Part shown: piece by piece, positions 1 through 9,457 of the stretch | Numbering within the stretch: the first letter of the stretch is position 1 | Layout: every line of letters starts with the position of its first letter | Source of the DNA: Deltaproteobacteria bacterium | Lineage (GTDB): Bacteria; Desulfobacterota; Syntrophia; Syntrophales; UBA2210 | Reading direction: 5' to 3' | Assembly: GCA_019313385.1 (NCBI GenBank) | Contig: JAFDBG010000002.1 | Span: 4,202-68,201, forward strand | DNA length: 64,000 bases | Made by a program: the position numbers and the translations under genes | Notes under the pieces: model-generated | Told to the model about the DNA's origin: nothing | The model's database searches: none | What the model saw: only the letters and a program-made list of their open reading frames with translations

Positions 1-308
1 TTATTGTCTCCTCCTTTAATCATGAATGGTTGCGTGAGGTCCAGGCCAGCAATCCATTTCTTTCAATACAAGCCCTGGCAGGCGAGTCTGAAACCGATTC
101 TCTGGACTGGGGAAATTTGGATTTTGAAACTTATAATGTTCTCAGCACACTGATAGACGAAAAACAGGTGCGTGCATTAACAGAAAAGGGGATATCCGTT
201 AATCTCTTCACAGTGAATGAAGAAGCGGAAATGCTGCGGTTCACGCAAGCAGGCGCTGCCGGGCTGATCACTGATTTTCCTCAGAGAGCGGTCCGGCTGC
301 TGCGGTAG
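1..308 (+). CDS. glpQ: Glycerophosphodiester phosphodiesterase (GDPD family), C-terminal fragment; 5' end lies outside the window
   Basis: The frame is open to the window edge. IVSSFNHEWLREV and FTVNEEAEMLRFTQAGAAGLITDFPQRAV resemble GDPD C-termini (from memory). It sits directly upstream of glpABC. Confidence 0.7.
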   Translation, partial: IVSSFNHEWLREVQASNPFLSIQALAGESETDSLDWGNLDFETYNVLSTLIDEKQVRALTEKGISVNLFTVNEEAEMLRFTQAGAAGLITDFPQRAVRLLR

Positions 309-318
309 ATAGAGGATT

Positions 319-575
319 AAAGGGGTCAAGGGTTCCAGGATTCGAGTGAAGTGCTGAGAGACTACAAAGAAGGAGTCCAGAATTCGGGGGTCCAAGCGAA
401 AGGCTAAAGAATTACAAAGATCGTTTTGTGAAGTGGAAACATAGATATTATTAGCAGGGGATTTAGATTTAATTGAAAAAGGTGTATTTGACAAACTGAA
501 AGAAGACATAGCAGAAAGCGAGGGAATGCTAAAGGCTCTGATAAAGTCTTTAGATAACAAGCCCTTGAACCCTTT
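319..575 (+). repeat. Repeat family A composite element with inverted ends
   Basis: Ends 319-333 and 561-575 are inverted copies (14/15). Two tandem core units lie at 336-423. Confidence 0.7.
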
Positions 576-605
576 TTTTAAGTATTATGAATCTGAAGAG
601 TAATT

Positions 606-2108
606 ATGATCAAAACTGATGTGATTATTATTGGTGGCGGTTCCACGGGCTGCGGTGTAGCGAGGGACCTGGCGTTGCGGGGGATCCCACACTGTCTTAT
701 TGAAAAGGGTGATTTTGCCGCAGGGGCGACGGGCGCGTGCCACGGGCTGCTTCACAGCGGCGGCCGGTACGCGGTGAATGATCCCGAAGCGGCGGCTGAG
801 TGCCTCTCCGAGAACATGATCCTGCGGAAAATAGGCACAAAATGCGTGGAGCAGACAGGCGGATTGTTTGTGCGTCTTCCGGGCGATTCAAAGAGATTCA
901 GAGATATGTTTCTGAAAAGTTGTGAGGAGACGGGTATCTCTACCGAAGTGCTCTCTCCGAGCAGGGCGCTTGAGCTGGTCCCCAGCCTCAACTCGTCTCT
1001 CGAAGAGGCGATAAAGGTGCCTGACTGTTCCATCGATCCATTCAGACTGTGCATGTTGAATATAACCTCATCTCAGAAGAGAGGCGGAGAAATCCTGACC
1101 CATAACAAGGTGATAGACATAATCAGGGAGCATGGCAGATGCGTCGGCGTAAAGGTGCAGGAAGAATCAACATCTGAAGTCAGGGAAATCAGAGGCAAGA
1201 TTATCATAAATGCCGCGGGTGCGTGGGGGAACAAAATAGCGTCTCTGGCCGGAAGCGGTGTGCCGATGACCCTGTCCAAAGGAAGTCTTATCGTCACGAA
1301 TCACCGGCTGACAAATATGGTGATAAACAGGCTGCGGCCTTCATCTGATGGAGATATCATTGTACCCAATGAGGCGGTATGTCTTGCGGGCACTACATCC
1401 ATAACGGTTAACGATCCTGATGAAAGCGAAGTTGATCCGGCCGAAGTAGATATTATAGCGACTCAGGCACAGCAAATGCTCCCGGACTTTGGCACCACAC
1501 GATTGATCAGGACCTACGCGGGCGTCCGGCCTTTGCTTAAGGCGGATGGCGGAGACGACAGAAAAATATCCAGAGGTTTCAGGATAATAGATCACAAGAA
1601 CGGTATGCTCAGTATTATGGGAGGAAAACTCACCACTTACAGACTTATGGCTGAAAAGATATCCGACAGAGTAATGGAGGCGTTTGGTCTTAAGACGAGG
1701 TGCCGGACGGCAGAGGTTCCCCTTGAGGGGCAGGAGGAATTGCATGGGTATCCTCTCTCCAGCCGTCTAAAAATCCTGGAAAACATTGTATGTGAATGTG
1801 AGCTGGTAACAGCGGATGATGTAGAGAAGATTGCCAGAGAAATTGGGACCAGACATATCGGGGACATCCAGCACAGGACACGTCTGGGTATGGGGCCGTG
1901 TCAGGGGGGCTTTTGCACTTACCGGGCACTGGGGATCATGCAGGAAACGGGGAAGATGACCCCGGAGGAATCCATGCAGGTTCTAAGAGAATTTTTGCAG
2001 AGAAGATTCAAGGGGATCAAGCCGGCCCTGTGGGGTGATCAACTCCGGGAAGAACAGCTTATCGAAAGTATATATCTCGGTATTCTGGGTATGGAGCAGG
2101 TGCAATGA
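606..2108 (+). CDS. glpA: Anaerobic glycerol-3-phosphate dehydrogenase subunit A
   Basis: 500-aa ORF with FAD fold DVIIIGGGSTGCGVARDLALRG, GLLHSGGRYA, and C-terminal CECE...RTRLGMGPCQGGFC. It is collinear with E. coli GlpA as I recall it. Confidence 0.95.
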   Translation: MIKTDVIIIGGGSTGCGVARDLALRGIPHCLIEKGDFAAGATGACHGLLHSGGRYAVNDPEAAAECLSENMILRKIGTKCVEQTGGLFVRLPGDSKRFRDMFLKSCEETGISTEVLSPSRALELVPSLNSSLEEAIKVPDCSIDPFRLCMLNITSSQKRGGEILTHNKVIDIIREHGRCVGVKVQEESTSEVREIRGKIIINAAGAWGNKIASLAGSGVPMTLSKGSLIVTNHRLTNMVINRLRPSSDGDIIVPNEAVCLAGTTSITVNDPDESEVDPAEVDIIATQAQQMLPDFGTTRLIRTYAGVRPLLKADGGDDRKISRGFRIIDHKNGMLSIMGGKLTTYRLMAEKISDRVMEAFGLKTRCRTAEVPLEGQEELHGYPLSSRLKILENIVCECELVTADDVEKIAREIGTRHIGDIQHRTRLGMGPCQGGFCTYRALGIMQETGKMTPEESMQVLREFLQRRFKGIKPALWGDQLREEQLIESIYLGILGMEQVQ

Positions 2109-3295
2109 ATGGTACGTACGATGTTGTGATCATAGGCGGAGGGATGTCGGGGATGATGGCGGCGGTCGCGCTTGCGGATATGGGCAGGAAGGTCGCGGTG
2201 GTCTCGAGAGGTGATCCCGTCTGTTGTCTTTCCACGGGCTGTATAGATGTGCTCGCGGCCGGCAATGATCCCCTGGAGGGTATCGGTTCGCTGCCGGACA
2301 ATCACCCTTATCGTCTGGTTGGAGAAGACACTCTCAAGGCATCCCTCGAGATGTTCAGGACTGTTATGTCGGAAGAGCGCGGAGCGTATGTGGGTGATGT
2401 ACATGCGAACAGGAGGATATTGACGCCCTTGGGAAGGCACAAGATTACATGTCTTGTGCCGGTGACAATGGAGTTCGCTGATTTCCATTCTGACGAATAT
2501 ATTCATGTAATATCGTTTAATGAAATGAAAGATTTCTACCCGAATTACATTACATCAAGATACAAAAACTCCGGTTGTTCCATATTTGACGCGGGGGTCT
2601 CTACCACGATGAGTATTGCGGAGCGGTTTGAAAACAGGCAGTTTCTCGAAGAGTTTATATCGTGGTTAAAGGGCCTCGATATTCCGGAGGGGAGAATAGC
2701 CATACCGGCGGTGCTTGGTATGCATTTCGCTGTGAATGTGTATAATGAAATATCGGCCGAACTCGGCAGGAAGGTCTTTGAGATACCCACCCTGCCACCC
2801 TCCATGCCGGGCCTGAGGTTGTTTGACGGCCTGAAAAATGCCCTGCTGAAGAGGGGTGTCAATCTATACTGGGGGAAAGAGATATACAGTGTTGAAAAGT
2901 CGGGCAGTCAGATTGAGGCGGTTACACTTGCCGGCGCCGGGCGATCCGCGCGTGTGCAGGGAAACGCGTTTATCCTGGCCACGGGTTCATTTGTAAGCGG
3001 CGGACTTCACGCATCGATGGACGCAGCCACAGAGACGGCATTTGATCTGCCTGTATATCTCCCAGGGAAAAGGGAATCATGGTTCAACGACGACTTCTTT
3101 GCCCCGGGACACGCGATAGAAAAGTCCGGTATATGTGTGGACCAATCATTCAGACCTGTTGATTCCCGGATTGAAAACCTCTTTGTGTGCGGGAGTATAT
3201 TAGCCTTTTCGGAAGTGATGAAATACGGCTGTGGCCACGGTATGGCCATAGCAACGGGAGTAGCTGCCGCGAATGTGTGTGGGGAGCTGGCATAA
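2105..3295 (+). CDS. glpB: Anaerobic glycerol-3-phosphate dehydrogenase subunit B
   Basis: The start overlaps the glpA stop (ATGA). N-terminal dinucleotide fold YDVVIIGGGMSGMMAA. It lies between glpA and glpC. Confidence 0.9.
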   Translation: MNGTYDVVIIGGGMSGMMAAVALADMGRKVAVVSRGDPVCCLSTGCIDVLAAGNDPLEGIGSLPDNHPYRLVGEDTLKASLEMFRTVMSEERGAYVGDVHANRRILTPLGRHKITCLVPVTMEFADFHSDEYIHVISFNEMKDFYPNYITSRYKNSGCSIFDAGVSTTMSIAERFENRQFLEEFISWLKGLDIPEGRIAIPAVLGMHFAVNVYNEISAELGRKVFEIPTLPPSMPGLRLFDGLKNALLKRGVNLYWGKEIYSVEKSGSQIEAVTLAGAGRSARVQGNAFILATGSFVSGGLHASMDAATETAFDLPVYLPGKRESWFNDDFFAPGHAIEKSGICVDQSFRPVDSRIENLFVCGSILAFSEVMKYGCGHGMAIATGVAAANVCGELA

Positions 3296-4515
3296 TGAAT
3301 CTTGATTTTCAACACTGTATAAGATGTACCATATGTGTGGCAAACTGCCCAGTGTCCCGGGTAAATCCGGATTTCCCCGGCCCCAAACAGGCCGGCCCGG
3401 ATGCGGAACGTTTCCGCTCAGACGATGAAACGTCCATAGACAAATGGATAAGACTCTGCAGCCAGTGCAAGCGATGTGAAGTGTCCTGCCCTTACGGTGT
3501 TAATCCGGCCCAGATCATACTCAGGGAACAGGTGCAATATGGCGGGAAACATTTCAGGCCCCTTGCATCCCGCGTATTCGCCAACAACTACTGGCTTGGA
3601 GCTGTAAATTCTGTAATTGCCCCCATAGTCAACAGGCTGGCCCCGATGAAGTTAACAAAGAGGATATTGAATGTATTCGGGATATCCACATACCTTCCAT
3701 TCCCCCGGTTCCATATTCATACCCTGAGCAGAAGCTGGAGATGGAAGGGCCACCGGAAGAGCCGAAAAAAGGTGGTGTTTTTCTATGGCTGTTTTCTGAA
3801 CTACAACCGTCCCGATCTGGGAAGAGATGTAAGGGATTTCCTTGCGTCTCTCGGGGTTCGGGTAATCATGCCGAGGCAGGTGTGCTGCGGCCTGCCCGCC
3901 CTGGGTAATGGAGACATAGAAACCGCCAGGAAATTCGCGAGGAAAAATGCACGCATTCTTGCCGGGTACATAGACAGGGGATACGATGTGATATACACCT
4001 GCACATCATGCGGTCTGGCTCTCACGCAGGACTATCCGGGCATACTGGAGGTCCCTCACGGCAGGAAAGTATCTGAAAACTCTTATAATCTGCACGAATA
4101 TGTACTTAAACTCATGGAAGAACACTATATAGAGCCGGTCTTTGAACCGTTTCATCGAAGGGTGGCATATCATATCCCCTGCCATCTGCGGGCGTTGGGC
4201 ATTGGTTATCCGGCCGCTGGACTTTTTGAAAAGATCCCCGGCCTTGAGGTTGTTATCCTTGAGGATAATTGTTGCGGACTTTCCGGAAGCTATGGCTTTA
4301 AAAGGAGCAATGAGGATACCGCCGTGAGGCTGGGCATTACCGCGGCGCGGGCGATAAAAGATATTGATCCGGACATGCTCGTATCGGACTGCGGGGCGTG
4401 CAGGATGCAGCTGGCGCATTTTTCAGGCATCCCCGCCGTTGATCCTTCGGAGATACTTATAAAATCCCTGAAAGAAGGGTTAAAGGGGTCGAGGTTTCAA
4501 GGGGGCAAGAATTAG
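3295..4515 (+). CDS. glpC: Anaerobic glycerol-3-phosphate dehydrogenase subunit C (Fe-S / CCG-domain protein)
   Basis: Start moved to ATG 3295, which overlaps the glpB stop, giving MNLDFQHCIRC. Two ferredoxin-type clusters (CIRCTICVANCP, CSQCKRCEVSCP) and CCG motifs (CCGLPALG, CCGLSGSYG). The last ~11 codons lie inside a family-A repeat. Confidence 0.9.
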   Translation: MNLDFQHCIRCTICVANCPVSRVNPDFPGPKQAGPDAERFRSDDETSIDKWIRLCSQCKRCEVSCPYGVNPAQIILREQVQYGGKHFRPLASRVFANNYWLGAVNSVIAPIVNRLAPMKLTKRILNVFGISTYLPFPRFHIHTLSRSWRWKGHRKSRKKVVFFYGCFLNYNRPDLGRDVRDFLASLGVRVIMPRQVCCGLPALGNGDIETARKFARKNARILAGYIDRGYDVIYTCTSCGLALTQDYPGILEVPHGRKVSENSYNLHEYVLKLMEEHYIEPVFEPFHRRVAYHIPCHLRALGIGYPAAGLFEKIPGLEVVILEDNCCGLSGSYGFKRSNEDTAVRLGITAARAIKDIDPDMLVSDCGACRMQLAHFSGIPAVDPSEILIKSLKEGLKGSRFQGGKN

Positions 4516-4680
4516 TCTCTTAATTGTAAAGTCCGTGCAAAAATGGCAAAAGAAAATTGCACCTGCTTGAGCTGATGAGCTTTTTGATTCCGGTTTATCC
4601 AGTTTGGCGCCTGGGAACGAGAGGCGGCAACTGTGAACCGGTAACCGACAACTGTAAACCCTCGAGCACTCGACCCCTCT
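4482..4680. repeat. Nested family A (4482-4515, inverted partner 4659-4680) and family B (4628-4660) repeats
   Basis: AAAGGGGTCGAGG and CTCGACCCCTCT are inverted. GGCAACTGTGAACCGGTAACCGACAACTGTAAACC is a family-B array. Confidence 0.7.
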
Positions 4681-4690
4681 AAGCCTTCTT

Positions 4691-5560
4691 TTATAAATCC
4701 CCCTTTCCAAGTATCTCTATGATCTCAGGTCCAAAGGTCTTTAGCTTTGCGGCAGATATTAAACCGGATTCACTCAGAGATCTGACGGTTTGGCCATTCC
4801 CTTTTGACAGATCCATGATGTTCCTGTCGGAGAGTACAAGAAAAACGGCTGCATTAGTCCTTTTTGCCGCTTCGAACCGCCAGCGGTAGAGGTTTTTCAG
4901 GCGACACCTCTGGAGTCCATCCAGGCTGTCATACCCCTCAATTCTGGAAGACCCTTCCGGATGAAAGGTTTTTTCACTCCACCTCACATTAGCCATCCTA
5001 TGGAAGATCGCTTCAGCCTCCTCCTCCAGTTTGTTGCGTATCAGGCCTTCTTTGAGATGGGAATACAGGTCTGGCAGATAGCGGGTATCAAGCGCCGCGT
5101 AATTCAGCTGCTCATCTGTAAGGGGCCGTATATCCCACCTCGACCGTTGAATTTTCTTCGGCTTTTTAAGTTCCACCCCCAGACATTCACTGACGATCGA
5201 CGTAAGCGAAAGGGCTGTAATTCCCAGGATGGAAGCCGCTCTGTAAGTATCAAAGATATTCCTGAACCTGAAGCCGTAGTCACGATTCAGCAGGCGTATA
5301 TCATTGTCACATGCGTGGATGATCTTAACGGTTGAGGCATTTATGAAGGCATCACCCAGAAAAGAGATATCCATATCCAGAAGCGGGTCAAAGATATATG
5401 CGTGAGATTCTGTGCATATTTGTATCAGGCACAGAATCTCACGAAAGTACCTGAAGGAATCGTATTCTGTATCTATTCCTATATGCCGCGCGTTTAGTAT
5501 GTCGCCTTTTGCCGCTTCAAGTTTTTGCGGATTGTCCACTAATATCCAGTTGATGCCCAA
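4691..5560 (-). CDS. rnd: Ribonuclease D-like 3'-5' exonuclease with C-terminal HRDC-like region
   Basis: DEDD-type motifs HIGIDTEYDSF, IIHACDNDIRLL and NYAALDTRYL; 289 aa. Confidence 0.85.
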   Translation of the reverse strand: MGINWILVDNPQKLEAAKGDILNARHIGIDTEYDSFRYFREILCLIQICTESHAYIFDPLLDMDISFLGDAFINASTVKIIHACDNDIRLLNRDYGFRFRNIFDTYRAASILGITALSLTSIVSECLGVELKKPKKIQRSRWDIRPLTDEQLNYAALDTRYLPDLYSHLKEGLIRNKLEEEAEAIFHRMANVRWSEKTFHPEGSSRIEGYDSLDGLQRCRLKNLYRWRFEAAKRTNAAVFLVLSDRNIMDLSKGNGQTVRSLSESGLISAAKLKTFGPEIIEILGKGDL

Positions 5561-5570
5561 AATATAATCC

Positions 5571-6941
5571 TTATCCGTTATTGTGTGTCCTGTTCCAAAC
5601 GTAGCTTCCGATAAAGAGCAGAACTGCTGAAAGGGGAATGGTGCATAAAAGCAGGCCGCTGTGGCCTGAGAGTTTCAGAAAGAGTCCCGATACGCCCCCT
5701 CCCACGATTGCGAGCATCGCCCCCGCGGCATTCAGGCCGAACCTTTCTGCATGAAATCCGAACAGAATCGGGATGACAAGGCCCGCCGAATAAATAGTGT
5801 ATCCCAGCAGGAGAGAGGCAATTATGCCTTGCAGCCTCAGCGCGATCACGAGAGAAGCAATCCCCGTGACGATTACGCATATCCTGGATATTCCGAGCAG
5901 CCTTTTTTCATCAATCTTGAACAGGGGGCTTAGTATATCCGAAGAGATGATGGCACTTGTGGTGAGCAGGCATGTGTCTGCCGAGGACATTACCGCCGCC
6001 AGGAGAGCGATTATTACGAGACCGTTCAGACCTGTCGGGATTGTGTTCATGATAAGCGCGGGCAATGCGCTCTCCGGCTGGATCTCCGGTAGTAGTACCC
6101 GCGCTGCAATCCCCGCGAATGTTATAAGAAAGGCTGTGGGAATCATAACAGACGCGGCCAGCGCAAGAGACCTTCTGGCAACTTTGGGATCTTTGGAGCA
6201 GAAGATTCTGGAGTATATATCCGGGCCAACAAGGTACGTCGCGCCAACGAAAAAGAGAAACGTCAGAAGATCGATCCATCCGAAATCGGGAGACGTTGGG
6301 AATGAAAAGTACGAGGGGGAAAGATTCTCTGCCATTCCCGACAACCCGCCTGCGGCAGACACACCCACAATCGCGCAGACAATAACACCCGCGATGATAA
6401 ATGCTGATTGTATGAGATCTGTACGCAGGATGGAATACTGGCCGCCGAGAAGGGTGTAAATGATAAAAACAGATCCGGCAATGATCATCAACGGGACGGA
6501 CTGCCCCGGCCATAATACCGACAGGATCTTGCCCGCTGCAATGATCTGCGCCGCGATTATCCCCAGCCACGCGGCGGCGATCAGCACAGAAGCGATAATC
6601 CTTACCGCGTTTCCTCCGTACTGTTTCCTGAGGATTTCGGGAAGGGTATACACTTCATAGTTTCTAACCCGTTCGGCGAACCATACAGAAAGGGATAACA
6701 AGCCTATTGCCCCTACGAGCATCCACCATGCCCCCACAAGCCCCTTTGAATAACCCAGGCCGGCAATGCCGATGGTGCTCGAACCCCCTATTATCGTGGC
6801 AAGCAATGAACCTGTTACTGCCGGAGTATTGGCCTGCCTGTCCGCAACAAAATAACTTGAGGCGCTCTTGATCTTCTTCATGCTCAGGATACCTACAAGT
6901 ATCATCCCCAGGAGGAAGGCTCCTATCATGATATTATTCAT
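5571..6941 (-). CDS. Sodium:solute symporter family (SSF) transporter, substrate unknown
   Basis: Polytopic Gly/Ala/Ile-rich membrane protein with an SSF-like layout. Start set at ATG 6941, preceded by GGAGGAAAACAG, rather than ORF-track 7019. Confidence 0.8.
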   Translation of the reverse strand: MNNIMIGAFLLGMILVGILSMKKIKSASSYFVADRQANTPAVTGSLLATIIGGSSTIGIAGLGYSKGLVGAWWMLVGAIGLLSLSVWFAERVRNYEVYTLPEILRKQYGGNAVRIIASVLIAAAWLGIIAAQIIAAGKILSVLWPGQSVPLMIIAGSVFIIYTLLGGQYSILRTDLIQSAFIIAGVIVCAIVGVSAAGGLSGMAENLSPSYFSFPTSPDFGWIDLLTFLFFVGATYLVGPDIYSRIFCSKDPKVARRSLALAASVMIPTAFLITFAGIAARVLLPEIQPESALPALIMNTIPTGLNGLVIIALLAAVMSSADTCLLTTSAIISSDILSPLFKIDEKRLLGISRICVIVTGIASLVIALRLQGIIASLLLGYTIYSAGLVIPILFGFHAERFGLNAAGAMLAIVGGGVSGLFLKLSGHSGLLLCTIPLSAVLLFIGSYVWNRTHNNG

Positions 6942-7155
6942 CTGTTTTCCTCCTCTCTCCCGCGGGTAACTGCGCCAACGTTGCTGCGCACTGATATCAC
7001 ACTTTTCCGGCACGTACAATCACACGCCCGGCGGGCAGGTTCGTTTGAAACCGCTGGTCTCACACAGTGATCTCACACAAAGGAGGCTCAAAGGTTTTTT
7101 GTTGTGGTCAATCAGAGCAGATCTGGTGTAAGGTCTGCTATTAATTTTGGAAAGG

Positions 7156-7205
7156 CTCAGGGATTCAAGGGGTCGAGTGAACTGCTAAAAACTGCAAAGA
7201 CAGCG
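7156..7205 (+). repeat. Repeat family A copy
   Basis: CTCAGGGATTCAAGGGGTCGAGTGAACTGCTAAAAACTGCAAAGACAGCG aligns to the family-A core. Confidence 0.7.
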
Positions 7206-7349
7206 CTCGTCATTTGTTGAGTGCGTCATGGTTGAGTTGAAGGATTTTTTCCCTCATTTACTCACCGAGGCTTAAATTCAGTGTAATCTGCGAAATCTGT
7301 GGATTAAGGGTATGCGGTATCAATCTGATCTCCAGAGGTACGATAACAA

Positions 7350-8201
7350 ATGAATATTTCACAACTCTTGAAAAAGACAGTGTCCAGGTTTAGCGCTGAA
7401 AGATTGTCCACACCCGGGCTGGACGCGGAAGTTCTGCTTGCATTCTCTATTGACAGAGAGCGACCTTTCCTCTACACGCATCCCGCGAAAGAGATTCCCG
7501 GACTGGAGGTGGAGAAATTCCGCTCACTGGTCGCGAGGAGAATGAAAGGGGAACCGATTGCCTATATCACCGGAAGAAAGGAGTTCTGGTCGCTGATCTT
7601 TGAGGTCACTCCAGATGTGCTGATACCGAGACCGGACACAGAGATTCTGCTCGAGGAGATCCTGAAGCTCTCCAGGCAGGAAAGAGCGGAAAAGATCAGG
7701 ATATTGGAGATCGGTACCGGAAGCGGGGCAATCAGTATCGCGCTTGCGTCCGAATTGAAAAATGCCTCCATTACGGCTACGGATTTTTCCCCGAATGCCC
7801 TTGCGGTTGCGGAGAAAAACGCCGTGAATAATAAAGTGGGGGAGAAGATTTCATTTTTATGCGGGGACATGTTCGAGCCTGTTGAGGGCAAATTTGATAT
7901 AATCGTCTCAAATCCGCCCTATATCTCCGAGTATGAATTTGGATTGCTCGCCCCGGAGGTCAGGGAGTATGAACCTCACCGGGCGCTTGTGGCTGGCCCG
8001 GAGGGCACAGAGTTTCACCGGAAACTCGCGCGTGATGGGGAGCGATTTCTGGAGAAGGGCGGCCGTCTTGTCATGGAAATGGGGGCAGATCAGAGGGTCG
8101 CCATAGAAAAAATGCTGAAAGAAAAAGATTACTGTGATATTGCTTTTCGCTCAGATTATGCTGGGATAGAGCGAGTCGTTCTTGCGAGGAAGAGGAGATA
8201 A
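7350..8201 (+). CDS. prmC: Release-factor glutamine N5-methyltransferase
   Basis: SAM-binding [16 protein letters not shown] and catalytic NPPY (IIVSNPPYI); 283 aa. Confidence 0.9.
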   Translation: MNISQLLKKTVSRFSAERLSTPGLDAEVLLAFSIDRERPFLYTHPAKEIPGLEVEKFRSLVARRMKGEPIAYITGRKEFWSLIFEVTPDVLIPRPDTEILLEEILKLSRQERAEKIRILEIGTGSGAISIALASELKNASITATDFSPNALAVAEKNAVNNKVGEKISFLCGDMFEPVEGKFDIIVSNPPYISEYEFGLLAPEVREYEPHRALVAGPEGTEFHRKLARDGERFLEKGGRLVMEMGADQRVAIEKMLKEKDYCDIAFRSDYAGIERVVLARKRR

Positions 8202-8205
8202 CAAG

Positions 8206-9456
8206 TTGGACAGAATTATCATACGTGGCGGGAGAAGGCTTGAAGGTGATGTCCGCGTGAGTGGAGCAAAAAATGCCGCTCTTCCTGTTATAGTGTCTTC
8301 GCTTCTCACAGATGGGTGGAATACCTTCCATAACGTTCCCGATCTTGCGGATATCAGAACAATAAAGCGGCTCCTGGCCGGTTTTGGTGTCGAGATTGAA
8401 GGGGACAAGACGCTCAGGATCAACGCGGGAGAAATCACAAGTTGCGAGGCCCCCTACGATCTTGTCAGAACGATGCGGGCCTCGATTCTTGTTCTCGGAC
8501 CGCTCGTGGCAAGGATGGGCAGGGCGCGCGTTTCTCTTCCGGGTGGATGCGCCATAGGCGCCAGACCTGTGAATCTGCACCTGAAGGCCCTGCAGTCTAT
8601 GGGAGCGGAGATAGATCTTAAGGATGGGTATGTTGAAGCCAGAGCGCCAAAACTAAAGGGAGCCACCATATATTTTGATATATCAACGGTAACCGGCACC
8701 GAAAATATCATGATGGCCGCCTCACTGGCTGAGGGAATAACGATCCTTGAAAATGCGGCAAGGGAACCGGAGATCGTAAATCTTGCCGACGTGCTGAAAG
8801 GCATGGGTGCAAAAATCAGGGGCGCGGGAACCGATATAGTGGAGATTGAGGGAGTAAAGACCCTCCATCCGGTTGAAGCGGATATAATTCCCGACAGGAT
8901 TGAAGCGGGAACATATATGATCGCAGCGGGGCTCACCGGCGGGGATGTAAATATCCTCGGGTGTGTACCGGCTCATCTTGATGCTGTGACAGCCAGATTA
9001 AGAGAGACGGGCATGGAGATTACTCCGATACCCGGAGGCCTCCGGGTTGTGGGTAACCGGAATATAACCAGTGTGGATGCAAAAACCCTCCCCTATCCCG
9101 GCTTTCCCACGGATCTTCAGGCGCAGATGATGGTGCTGATGTCCATGGGTGGAGGTGTCAGCGTTATTAAAGAAACTGTGTTTGAAAACAGATTTATGCA
9201 CGTAAATGAGCTTACAAGAATGGGGGCGGATATAACTGTTGACGGTAACAGCGCCATTGTCAGAGGTGTTTCCGGGCTACGTGGAGCTCCGGTGATGGCG
9301 ACAGACCTGAGAGCTTCCGCTTCTCTCATACTTGCCGGTCTGGTGGCCGAAGACGCGACTGAGATCTTTAGAATCTATCACATAGACAGGGGATATGAAC
9401 ATATCGAAGAAAAGCTTTCTTCGATAGGGGCTGATATAAGGAGGGTTAGAGGCTGA
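8206..9456 (+). CDS. murA: UDP-N-acetylglucosamine 1-carboxyvinyltransferase
   Basis: [27 protein letters not shown] and active-site loop [17 protein letters not shown] 8206 (GGAG about 9 nt upstream) is preferred over TTG 8182. Confidence 0.95.
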   Translation: MDRIIIRGGRRLEGDVRVSGAKNAALPVIVSSLLTDGWNTFHNVPDLADIRTIKRLLAGFGVEIEGDKTLRINAGEITSCEAPYDLVRTMRASILVLGPLVARMGRARVSLPGGCAIGARPVNLHLKALQSMGAEIDLKDGYVEARAPKLKGATIYFDISTVTGTENIMMAASLAEGITILENAAREPEIVNLADVLKGMGAKIRGAGTDIVEIEGVKTLHPVEADIIPDRIEAGTYMIAAGLTGGDVNILGCVPAHLDAVTARLRETGMEITPIPGGLRVVGNRNITSVDAKTLPYPGFPTDLQAQMMVLMSMGGGVSVIKETVFENRFMHVNELTRMGADITVDGNSAIVRGVSGLRGAPVMATDLRASASLILAGLVAEDATEIFRIYHIDRGYEHIEEKLSSIGADIRRVRG

Positions 9457-9457
9457 A

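Noticed and set aside
4528-4535. AAAGTCCG string reminiscent of RNase P RNA CR-I, and GGATTCGAG in family A reminiscent of the tmRNA 5' end.
   Set aside because: The spacer is only ~175 nt, the surrounding conserved regions are absent, and the GGATTCGAG word is part of a multi-copy repeat.
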